From: an uncultured delta proteobacterium
Lineage (GTDB): Bacteria; Desulfobacterota; Desulfobacteria; Desulfobacterales; JAHEIW01
Direction of reading: 5' to 3'
Assembly (NCBI GenBank): GCA_963706575.1
Contig: CAVPNL010000005.1
Location: forward strand, 64,001-128,000
Length of the DNA: 64,000 nt
A program made the translations under genes and the position numbers. The notes beneath the pieces were generated by a model. The model did no database searches. It was given only the letters and a program-made list of their open reading frames with translations, and was not told the DNA's origin. Below are positions 1 through 7,664 of this stretch, piece by piece (the first letter of the stretch is position 1; each line of letters begins with the position of its first letter).

Positions 1-182
1 AAAAACGGCACCGCACTCAATTCATGATAGGGCGGGACGTTGCCGGCGGCCTGGATCCATTTATCCGACGGCGTGGTGGCGCATCCGTTCCAAACGAATA
101 ATCCAATGACCCAAACCCCGATAACGATCCACTGCTTTAAATCTTGAGCACGGTGTCGCTTGCTTTTTTTATTATCGCACAA
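1..182 (-). CDS. PA2778-family C39 cysteine peptidase lipoprotein (5' part; runs off the window)
   Basis: Manual translation from TTG at 182: MCDNKKSKRHRAQDLKQWIVIGVWVIGLFVWNGCATTPS...YHELSAVPF. It has a lipobox-like GC and the 'EL..VPF' motif that opens PA2778-type C39 domains, and it overlaps the stop of the PA2779-like gene. Not in the ORF track. Confidence 0.75.
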   Translation of the reverse strand, partial: MCDNKKSKRHRAQDLKQWIVIGVWVIGLFVWNGCATTPSDKWIQAAGNVPPYHELSAVPF

Positions 183-579
183 ATGTAAAGACGTTTGTAT
201 AGCCCATGGCATCTGTGATGATTAAAATAATGACAATGATACCAACGACCAATAAGAATGTCACCAAGAAGCTGCCACCGGCGGGAAGTTCTTCGATTTC
301 ATCGACGATTCGCTGGGCTTCAACATCGGTAAGACTGTCAACGCGGGCCATGGCTTCGAGGGGGTTGATTCCCTGTGCCCTTAGGACCGCTTGAGCATCT
401 TCACGCGCAAGGATCGTCTTAATAGCGTTGCGATCTTCCTGACCCTTTGCCGTTATGTCCAGAGTTGCTTCGGTTTCGATCATCGCTGCCAGTACCGATT
501 GATACGGTACCGCCACCATAACCATTAAAATGACCAGAAATACACCTGTGGATTTCGAACGCTGCCGAATCAATTTCAT
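172..579 (-). CDS. PA2779-family protein
   Basis: Signal peptide, then 'GINPLEAMARVDSLTD.E', 'LPAGG' and a very hydrophobic C-terminal segment. SD GGAGG precedes the ATG. Confidence 0.85.
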   Translation of the reverse strand: MKLIRQRSKSTGVFLVILMVMVAVPYQSVLAAMIETEATLDITAKGQEDRNAIKTILAREDAQAVLRAQGINPLEAMARVDSLTDVEAQRIVDEIEELPAGGSFLVTFLLVVGIIVIILIITDAMGYTNVFTFVR

Positions 580-619
580 TCTTTACCTCCTCCAAATTCT
601 GTGGGTGGAATTTGTGTTC

Positions 620-648
620 ATCGTATCCTCAAAACGTATAATTGTCAA
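620..648 (-). promoter_or_regulatory. sigma70-type promoter for PA2779/PA2778
   Basis: Minus strand reads TTGACA-17 nt-TACGAT, about 40 nt upstream of the ATG. Confidence 0.65.
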
Positions 649-884
649 TTTTAGAGGCTCCAGAGGATCCCGCAGCCCCGGCAGTGCTTACGCCACCACC
701 CCGAGGCATTGGATTACGGCAAGGCAGGTGATCTCTGACCTATATGAGAGGGGCAGGTATTCACTGCTAAAATTAATAAACCCCCAAAAAGAAGAATTTG
801 TTTTTCATTTTGGAGGTTTATCTTTAGCCAGTGATGTGTTTGCGCTCAATTCGATCGTTAATCGGTTGATCGCGTTGAGTCTCT

Positions 885-1100
885 TTAATCTTCGCCGCCA
901 TATTTAAAGGAGAGATTCACCAGGGCGCGGTAAGCGGCCACTTTGCCGTCTTCAATTTTAAGATCCAGTTTTTGAATTTCCGCAACCCTCAGATCTCTCA
1001 GGCTCTTACTCGCAGTTTCCACTGCATTTTTAGCGGCTTCCTCCCAGGAAGTGGGACTACTACCTACCAGTCTGATGACTTTGTACACGCTGTCGGCCAT
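885..1100 (-). CDS. Dodecin (flavin-binding) family protein
   Basis: 71 aa, 'SVYKVIRLVGSSPTSWEEAAKNAVE...YRALVNLSFK'; SD AGGAGG. Confidence 0.92.
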   Translation of the reverse strand: MADSVYKVIRLVGSSPTSWEEAAKNAVETASKSLRDLRVAEIQKLDLKIEDGKVAAYRALVNLSFKYGGED

Positions 1101-1225
1101 TTTTTCCTCCTTTCTGCAATTCCAAACAATTAGGTCAATGGATTGCTTTTTCCGGCAGCCGACCGAATTCTAAAACTGGTCTTTTTGCTGCGCAGATATT
1201 TTTACCCCTATAAGCATTGGGGATC

Positions 1226-1267
1226 AAATAAAAAGTCTCCAAACGAATGCAAAAATCCGCTGGAGAC
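1226..1267 (-). terminator. Intrinsic terminator-like hairpin
   Basis: Minus strand GTCTCCAGCGGA-loop-TTCGTTTGGAGAC followed by TTTTTATTT. Confidence 0.55.
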
Positions 1268-1597
1268 GTTAACCGCATAATTTGAAACCACTTCTCATCA
1301 TCAAATCCTCCGTGGAAGACCGATTTAGGGTTAATATTAGAGAAAAATCTGAAACGACGTTGATGCTTGAAGAAAGGAATGGTTTCAGCTCAATTCAAAG
1401 GTCCGCTTGAGCGCAACACGGCTTGCAAATGCCAAAATTCGGGTTCAATTAGAAATTTAAATTATTTTGATTTAGGTTTGATTATGTGGGTAAGTTAAAC
1501 AATGAGAGGAACAAAGTCAAGCTTGAAAAAAAACTAGGATTAAAGCGCTTCTTCGTTCCAAATAAAGCATTGAAAGGAGCTGGCAGGCGAAGCTATT

Positions 1598-2005
1598 TCA
1601 ACGCCATTTTTTATAGGACGTCTTCAGTTGCTGAAAGCGCTCGGCGCCGATAATTCCACGAACACGCATAATAAATCCCAGGCGCTCGTCAGCCAGGTCT
1701 GTGCGGGCACTTTCGAGTCGTTTGAACTGGGTGCGAACTTTGGCGTCATCGACCGTCTTTTTCCCCAGCAGGGTATCGAGCTCAAACTGTTCGCGCTCCA
1801 CCGCATTTTTCAATTTAATAAGCTTGCGCTGGCTATCTACCCACGCCTGATCCAGCTGGCGAATCTCCTTCTGGGTCAGATTGAGATTTTGAACGACTTT
1901 TTGATTGTACCACCACTTCCCGGAAGGTACATTCTGACCGGTGGCCAGGCCAGGCAGGTTGATCATGAGAATCAGCAATATGCCAACCCAGACCTTTTTT
2001 AACAT
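1598..2005 (-). CDS. Periplasmic Spy/CpxP (LTxxQ)-like / heavy-metal-sensor protein
   Basis: Signal peptide, 'KWW...LNLTQKE' and a helical body; last gene of the ECF operon. Confidence 0.75.
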   Translation of the reverse strand: MLKKVWVGILLILMINLPGLATGQNVPSGKWWYNQKVVQNLNLTQKEIRQLDQAWVDSQRKLIKLKNAVEREQFELDTLLGKKTVDDAKVRTQFKRLESARTDLADERLGFIMRVRGIIGAERFQQLKTSYKKWR

Positions 2006-2547
2006 AATATGGATCCTTTCTTTGCTAATGCGGAGATTCTGGGGGCGTCTTCATTTGTCGGGATTAGAAAATCAATGAAATCTTCATCCAGGTTCAAATT
2101 GGTATCCCCCATAATGTCCAGGTAGACCTGTGGCAATGCATTTTCCACCAGTACATTTATCTCAGTCATCAGTATTTCTGCTTCTACCATATTTTGAGCT
2201 AAATTTCCAATACGACCTTGCTGTTGACTTCGGATCAAAAACGTAGCCCACACAACGATAATGACAGCCGCAACAGCTGCAGCGCTAAAAGCAAACCCCC
2301 GGATGGAAAAAGGCGCTCGCATTTTATCATGCGCCACTGTAATGCGCCTCAGCGGTTCTGGGGCATAGCGCTCAGCCGTTTGCCCCAGATGCGTCAATTC
2401 ATTTTCAAGGCGCTCCCTGTGTGATCGGCATCGGGGGCATTCCGCCAGGTGTTGTTGCTGCAGCTTGGACAGATCGGTGTCATCAATCACCGCCTGCAGC
2501 ATTTCGTCTTCTCCCAGGTGGGGTTGGTTAGGGTTATGGATACTCAC
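1999..2547 (-). CDS. Putative zinc-binding anti-sigma factor
   Basis: HxxxCxxC motif (HLAECPRC) and a single TM helix; overlaps the ECF sigma gene. Confidence 0.75.
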   Translation of the reverse strand: MSIHNPNQPHLGEDEMLQAVIDDTDLSKLQQQHLAECPRCRSHRERLENELTHLGQTAERYAPEPLRRITVAHDKMRAPFSIRGFAFSAAAVAAVIIVVWATFLIRSQQQGRIGNLAQNMVEAEILMTEINVLVENALPQVYLDIMGDTNLNLDEDFIDFLIPTNEDAPRISALAKKGSILC

Positions 2548-3167
2548 GTTAGGTCCTCCTGAAGAAATTGACGTAATCCTTTTTCTTTCTTGAATTTGGC
2601 CAATGCCCGATACAGATGGGTTTTTACAGTGCTTTCACTTTTCTTCAATGTCTGGGCGATTTCATTTATATTTAAGTTGTCCAGAAACCGCAGCATAAAT
2701 ACCTCGCGCTCCATTTTTGATAGCTTCTTTGCAATCCGCCCAATGTGTCGCCAGAAATCCTCTTTTAAAACCTGTTCCAGCGCTTCGGGCGCGTCCTGAA
2801 AATCGGTTGCCGCAGGTTGAACGTCAGTGCCTTCATCGGAGGATTTAAATATGGATCTGACTCTTTTTTTGCGCAGATAGTCATTTACGCGGTTGACAGC
2901 GATCGTAAACAACCAGCTGCGAAATTTATGCGGCTCCCGGAGGCGGGAAATGTTTCGATAGGCCCGAACGAATACATCCTGGGTCAGGTCTTCGGTATCC
3001 ATTTGAGCGCGTATGCGGTAGTAAATCATGCGGTGTATCTCTCCCTGATAGCGATCAATCAGCTGTTCAAAGGCCAGGCGGTTTCCGTCTCTGGCCTGTA
3101 TGACAAGGCCTGTCATTTGATCGCCAGAGAGCTTCGAGCCAGAAACGTTATGAGTTGATGGATTCAT
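2544..3167 (-). CDS. ECF (sigma-70 group 4) RNA polymerase sigma factor
   Basis: Region 2 'EDLTQDVFVRAY...FRSWLFTIAVN' and region 4 'EIAQTLKKSESTVKTHLYRA'. Confidence 0.93.
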   Translation of the reverse strand: MNPSTHNVSGSKLSGDQMTGLVIQARDGNRLAFEQLIDRYQGEIHRMIYYRIRAQMDTEDLTQDVFVRAYRNISRLREPHKFRSWLFTIAVNRVNDYLRKKRVRSIFKSSDEGTDVQPAATDFQDAPEALEQVLKEDFWRHIGRIAKKLSKMEREVFMLRFLDNLNINEIAQTLKKSESTVKTHLYRALAKFKKEKGLRQFLQEDLT

Positions 3168-3278
3168 TGTTTCGTATCAGCGAGGTTGTCTGTACCTGAG
3201 AACAATGCTTCAGTGAATCAGATTCATTATACTGGCTCTCAATTATATTATTCATTTCTCAACAATTCTGGCTGTAAA

Positions 3279-3306
3279 GACGCAAAAGCGGGAAAAATGG
3301 TTTACA
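3279..3306 (-). promoter_or_regulatory. Candidate ECF autoregulatory promoter
   Basis: Minus strand TGTAAAC-17 nt-CGTC fits the general ECF AAC...CGT pattern, about 110 nt upstream of the sigma gene. Confidence 0.5.
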
Positions 3307-3489
3307 AAAATCAGCCTTACTCACCCATCGGGCCTTTTGAGCCCCTTAACTAATCTTTCCATTAGATGCGAAATCCCGCTTCATAAAGCGGGGAGAAGGG
3401 GTTTTGAAACCACTTCGAGATAAAATCAGTTTAATCCTTATATTCTACTTGCATAAGGGCTGATTCCTATGTATGAATGCTCCCTTATC

Positions 3490-3651
3490 AATTAGTTTCC
3501 ATCCGGAAATGGCCCTTTTTCGCTTTGTCTTGATGAGCTGCGTTCTCCGCGGGTTTTCCGCCGGCAACGTACTCGATGTACGCCTTGGCGGAAACCCTTG
3601 TGCGGCCTTGCTCATCGAAAAAACTGCTCATTTCCAAATTGAAAACCAATT
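3490..3651. mobile_element. ~160-bp palindromic MITE-like element
   Basis: Imperfect terminal inverted repeats AATTAGTTTCCATCCGGAAATG / CATTTCCAAATTGAAAACCAATT, with inner stems GATGAGC/GCTCATC, GGGTTTTCCGCC/GGCGGAAACCC and CGTAC/GTACG. Confidence 0.6.
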
Positions 3652-3699
3652 AGTGCTGTCCCTTGTATGTGCACTAATTGGAAAAGTGGGGTGTGATTC

Positions 3700-4764
3700 T
3701 TGATGGATATTAAATTATCGGGGAGCAGTCAAGCCCGGGTTTCCTCCATTGGCATTGCGCAAGCGGCGTCTTATATTGCCCGTACCCAGAGACCCGATGG
3801 AGAAATACCCTGGTGTGAGGGGCAAAAAACGGACCCTTGGGATCATGTTGAATCCGCCATGGGTCTCAGTGTGGGGGGCTATCTGGGTGAATCCCAACGG
3901 GCCTTTGAATGGTTAGCCGGCAAGCAGCTGGATGATGGCAGCTGGTACACGGCATACCGGCAAGGGGTTGCCGAAGATAAAACCCGCGACGCCAATCTGT
4001 CTTCCTACATTGCTGTCGGTCTGCTGCACTACTACTTAATAACAAAGGATAAGGCGTTTTTAAAAGAAATGTGGCCGACACTTTCAAAGGCCATTGAATT
4101 TGCCTTGAGCTTACAAACACCCAACGGTGAAATCTACTGGGCCATAAGCCCCGAAGGCAACGTTGACCGTATGGCACTTTTAACGGGGTCCAGCTCGATT
4201 TACATGAGCATTAAATGCGCGCTGGCGATTGCAAAAATACTGGGGTTTTTCATGCCGCTCTGGGAAATTGCCATGAATAAACTGGCTGAGGCCATAAAGC
4301 ATAAGCCCTACGTGTTTAATATGACCAAATCCCGCTATTCGATGGATTGGTTTTATCCGATTCTTTGCGGTGCTATTACCGGAGATGATGCCCAAAAACG
4401 CCTTGATAAATACTGGAAAAAATTTGTGGTTGAGGACCGGGGCGTGAGATGTGTATCGGATAAACCCTGGGTTACCATTGCTGAAACATCGGAGCTGACC
4501 CTGACGCTGGCGGGTATGGGGAGCCCTGAACTGGCCGCAATTGTGTTTAGTTGGATCTGTGATCGACGGTATCAAGACGGATCCTACTGGTGCGGATTTA
4601 TCTGCCCGGATCTGGTCATTTGGCCGCAAGATAAAATTACCTGGACCAATGCGGCGGCTCTGATTGCTGCGGATGCGATTTACAATTTAACACCTGCAAG
4701 CGCGCTCTTTAGTCATCAATTCTGGGCGATCTCTGAGCTTTCGCCACTTGTCGATTTCAATTAA
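3700..4764 (+). CDS. (alpha/alpha)-barrel 'prenyltransferase-like' protein, resembling the mycobacterial methylmannose polysaccharide hydrolase (MmpH) family
   Basis: Motifs IPW..G..TDPWDHVE, QxxDGSW, ALLTGSSSIY, RYSMDWFYP, GVRCVSDKPWVT.AET, DGSYWCG and TWTNAA. Confidence 0.7.
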   Translation: MMDIKLSGSSQARVSSIGIAQAASYIARTQRPDGEIPWCEGQKTDPWDHVESAMGLSVGGYLGESQRAFEWLAGKQLDDGSWYTAYRQGVAEDKTRDANLSSYIAVGLLHYYLITKDKAFLKEMWPTLSKAIEFALSLQTPNGEIYWAISPEGNVDRMALLTGSSSIYMSIKCALAIAKILGFFMPLWEIAMNKLAEAIKHKPYVFNMTKSRYSMDWFYPILCGAITGDDAQKRLDKYWKKFVVEDRGVRCVSDKPWVTIAETSELTLTLAGMGSPELAAIVFSWICDRRYQDGSYWCGFICPDLVIWPQDKITWTNAAALIAADAIYNLTPASALFSHQFWAISELSPLVDFN

Positions 4765-4805
4765 ATAGGTGCATCTCAATCTGTGACAATAATCCTTTCA
4801 ATTGT

Positions 4806-5066
4806 TTAACCACAGAGCACACAGAACTCACTGAGAAAATTAAAAGTTAAATTTATCCGCAGATTACGCAGATTTCCGCAGATTTGGAAAATTAATATTA
4901 AGAGAAATTCATTAAAATTATTACAGAGACAGAAATAATTGTTAATTATCTAAAATTTGTGGGCCCATTTTTTTATATTTTCTAATTTATAAATTAATCT
5001 GCGATAATCTGCGAAATCTGCGGATTATTAAATCACCTCTTTGGTCTCTGTGATCTCTGTGGTTAA
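4806..5066. repeat. Nested periodic inverted-repeat cassette
   Basis: Outer arms TTAACCACAGAGCACACAGAACTCACTGAG / CTCTTTGGTCTCTGTGATCTCTGTGGTTAA. Inner arms ATCCGCAGATTACGCAGATTTCCGCAGATT (4855-4884) / AATCTGCGATAATCTGCGAAATCTGCGGAT (4996-5025). The core is AT-rich. Confidence 0.85.
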
Positions 5067-5087
5067 TTATTAAAAAGGTTAAGATCC

Positions 5088-5807
5088 TTGCAGAAAGATC
5101 ACCGCCCATATTTTTTAAAAAGAGCGCTATCGAAGTTTCAAAGATTTTATACCCGCCATTTTTTACGTCCCCATTTTACCGCCCTTGGCAATTCCCCTAC
5201 AATTGTTAAGCCCTGGTACGTGGAAGTATTCGGCTCCCCGGTTGATATCGGTGATTATGTTTCCATTATTGCCGCTCCGGACAACAGGGTGCGGTTGTCT
5301 GTTTGGGCAGACAAACAGGTCAGCGGACGAATTCGTATCGGAGATTATTGTCTGCTCGGTCCGGGAGTTAGAATCAGTTCGGCTTCACAAATCCGCATCG
5401 GTGATAACTGCATGATCGCCAGCGGTGCCTATCTAACCGATTCCGATTGGCATGATGTCTATAACCGTATTGCATTCGGGAAAACAGATCCGATTGATAT
5501 TGCGAATAACGTCTGGATCGGAGACAGCGCCATTGTCTGCAAAGGGGTTAGCATCGGTGAAAACAGTGTCGTTGGTGCCGGGGCGGTGGTGGCCAATTCT
5601 ATCCCCGCCAATTGCATTGCCGCCGGAAACCCTGCCCAGGTTGTCAAGCATCTTGACGCTGAAGAAGCATTTACGACCCGTAAGCAGTGGTTTTTAAAAG
5701 CTTCCAATTTGTATGCTGAAATTGATCAACTGGACAGAGAGTTGTTGGGCGACAATACCTTGCTGCACTGGTTGCGGTATGTGTTCTTTCCCTCTAAAGG
5801 AGATTGA
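5088..5807 (+). CDS. Left-handed beta-helix (hexapeptide repeat) acyltransferase
   Basis: TTG start; repeats 'IGDNCMIASGAYLTDSDWH', 'IANNVWIGDSAIVCKGVSIGENSVVGAGAVV' and 'GNPA'. Confidence 0.88.
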   Translation: MQKDHRPYFLKRALSKFQRFYTRHFLRPHFTALGNSPTIVKPWYVEVFGSPVDIGDYVSIIAAPDNRVRLSVWADKQVSGRIRIGDYCLLGPGVRISSASQIRIGDNCMIASGAYLTDSDWHDVYNRIAFGKTDPIDIANNVWIGDSAIVCKGVSIGENSVVGAGAVVANSIPANCIAAGNPAQVVKHLDAEEAFTTRKQWFLKASNLYAEIDQLDRELLGDNTLLHWLRYVFFPSKGD

Positions 5808-5810
5808 TTC

Positions 5811-5886
5811 GATTGCGGATTTTAGATTGCGGATTGCGGATTTTGAAAATCCGATATCTACTTAGTCCTCAGCCCTCAGTCCTCAT
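5811..5886. repeat. Heptamer tandem arrays (GATTGCG-type and AGTCCTC-type)
   Basis: GATTGCGGATTTTAGATTGCGGATTGCGGATTT at 5811-5843 and AGTCCTC AGCCCTC AGTCCTC at 5864-5884, between convergent stop codons. Confidence 0.75.
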
Positions 5887-7061
5887 CACTTTCTTTTACG
5901 ATCCACCAGACAAAACCCCCAGAAAATCAGCCCACCGCATAATGCGATCAGAGAGCTGATCATAAACAGGGTAAAGGATCCGGTAATTTCGTATAAATAG
6001 CCGTTAATAAAGAAACCCACCATCAGGCCCAGACCATAACTGGTGGCATTGTTGACAGCCTGGCCCAGGGTCTTGGCTTTATCCGGCGCCAGGTGGTCGA
6101 TATACAGGATGCTGGCGATGTGAAATGTGCCGTAGGTTAACGCATGCAGAACCTGGGCAATTAAAATTGCCGTTGCCGATTGGACGAAGAACAGGATGAA
6201 CCACCGCAGGGCGGCAACCATAAATGAAAAGATCAAGACGGTCTTAATGGAAAAGCGGTTAAAGATTTGATCTGATCGGAGCATGACCAGAATCTCGGCG
6301 GCCGATGCCAATGCCCATGTCAATCCGATAAAGGTGCTTCCAAACCCCAAATTTTCCAGATGAATCGAAAAAAAGCCGTAATAAGCCCCGTGGCTGACCA
6401 GCATCAAAAAAGCGCAAAACAGAAATACAAGCACATGTCTGTCCAGCAGACTTTTGGCGTCCCTGGACAATCGTTTCTTTTTTGCGATCTGTAGGTTGGG
6501 GATTTGGGTGGAAATTACCGACAGCATCAACGATCCGGCCAGGATAAGAACGACAATCATCTCCACCGAATACAGATCGATGATTTTACCCAGTGCAAGC
6601 ACGACAGCGATAAAACTGATGGATCCCCAGACGCGGATATGGCCGTAACTTTTTTTTTCTTTTCCCAGAATATCCATGGTAAATGCTTCCAGAAAGGATA
6701 TGATCGGGGAAAAAAACATACCGTAAAAAATGGTGATGGCCAGCATGGGCCAAAAATCAACGGTAAAAAGGTACAGCATCCAGATCAGGGCACTGCAGAA
6801 ACAACACAGGATGTAGATCGGTCGGCGGGCATTGAGACGATCGGCCAGCGCTCCCCAGATAAGGGGAAAAAGGACGAGTGCTACCGAACGCACTGCAGAT
6901 AGGATTCCGATTCGAAAGCCGCTGAATCCCAGGTGGTAGCAATAGAGGTTGAAGAAGGGTAAAAAAATTCCCAGCACACCAAAATACAGAAAGTACTGGG
7001 AACCGATAACAAGATGATATGCTCGCTTGTTTTCGGTGGCCATGGTTGGTTCATACGGCAT
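5886..7061 (-). CDS. MFS transporter (MFS_1-like, HcaT/PPP type)
   Basis: About 12 TM segments; 'WGALADR' and 'YGHIRVWGSISF' motifs. Confidence 0.88.
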   Translation of the reverse strand: MPYEPTMATENKRAYHLVIGSQYFLYFGVLGIFLPFFNLYCYHLGFSGFRIGILSAVRSVALVLFPLIWGALADRLNARRPIYILCCFCSALIWMLYLFTVDFWPMLAITIFYGMFFSPIISFLEAFTMDILGKEKKSYGHIRVWGSISFIAVVLALGKIIDLYSVEMIVVLILAGSLMLSVISTQIPNLQIAKKKRLSRDAKSLLDRHVLVFLFCAFLMLVSHGAYYGFFSIHLENLGFGSTFIGLTWALASAAEILVMLRSDQIFNRFSIKTVLIFSFMVAALRWFILFFVQSATAILIAQVLHALTYGTFHIASILYIDHLAPDKAKTLGQAVNNATSYGLGLMVGFFINGYLYEITGSFTLFMISSLIALCGGLIFWGFCLVDRKRK

Positions 7062-7511
7062 TTATTCAATATCAACGGTTACCTGTTTCGGTTTTTCCTC
7101 TTCGGATCTGGGAATTTCTACCGTCAGAACCCCGTCTTTAAACGATGCTTTGATCAGATCCGGTTTGATCTGCTCCTGGAGTGAAAAGGAGCGGTTAAAT
7201 TTACCAAAACTTCTTTCCTTGCGATAATAATGTTCATCCTTGATTTCCGGATCCAGCAGGCGTTCCCCTTTGAGGGTCAGCAGATTGTCTTTAACCTCGA
7301 CCGATACGTTGTCTTTGTTAACGCCGGGGAGTTCTACTTTCAGAACGATCCCATCGCCGGTTTCATAAATATCAACCGGGGGGCTCCAGTCATAAAGGCC
7401 GACCTCTTCGTCCAACTCCCTTGAGCGCCCAAACGACTCGTTAAAGATTCGATTGATTCGGTCCTGCAGGGTCGCTACGTCTCGGAATGGATCCCATCTT
7501 ACGATTGCCAT
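7062..7511 (-). CDS. Hsp20/alpha-crystallin small heat-shock protein
   Basis: 'RWDPFRD', 'PPVDIYET...ELPGV', 'ERSFGKFNRSFSL' and 'A.FKDGVLTVEIP'; SD AGGAGG. Confidence 0.95.
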   Translation of the reverse strand: MAIVRWDPFRDVATLQDRINRIFNESFGRSRELDEEVGLYDWSPPVDIYETGDGIVLKVELPGVNKDNVSVEVKDNLLTLKGERLLDPEIKDEHYYRKERSFGKFNRSFSLQEQIKPDLIKASFKDGVLTVEIPRSEEEKPKQVTVDIE

Positions 7512-7551
7512 GACTGAACCTCCTTGTATAAAGCGTTTATATCGACTGAAA

Positions 7552-7578
7552 ATTAATCATACCTCCATTCTTGTCAAG
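7552..7578 (-). promoter_or_regulatory. Candidate promoter of hsp20 (CTTGACA...ATTAAT)
   Basis: Minus strand CTTGACAAGAATGGAGGTATGATTAAT; a near-identical motif lies upstream of lapA (38853-38878). Confidence 0.5.
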
Positions 7579-7664
7579 CTTTACAAAGCAAATAATCAGT
7601 GTTATTTTGATCTGGAATTTAGCGAATAGAACCAAACAATTTCCATACAATTTAGGAGCCGGAG

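Noticed and set aside
3473..3703. 76-aa ORF upstream of the hydrolase
   Set aside because: It lies mostly within the palindromic MITE-like element and has no protein-like motif.
7512..7664. CIRCE/HrcA operator between the divergent hsp20 genes
   Set aside because: No TTAGCACTC-N9-GAGTGCTAA match.
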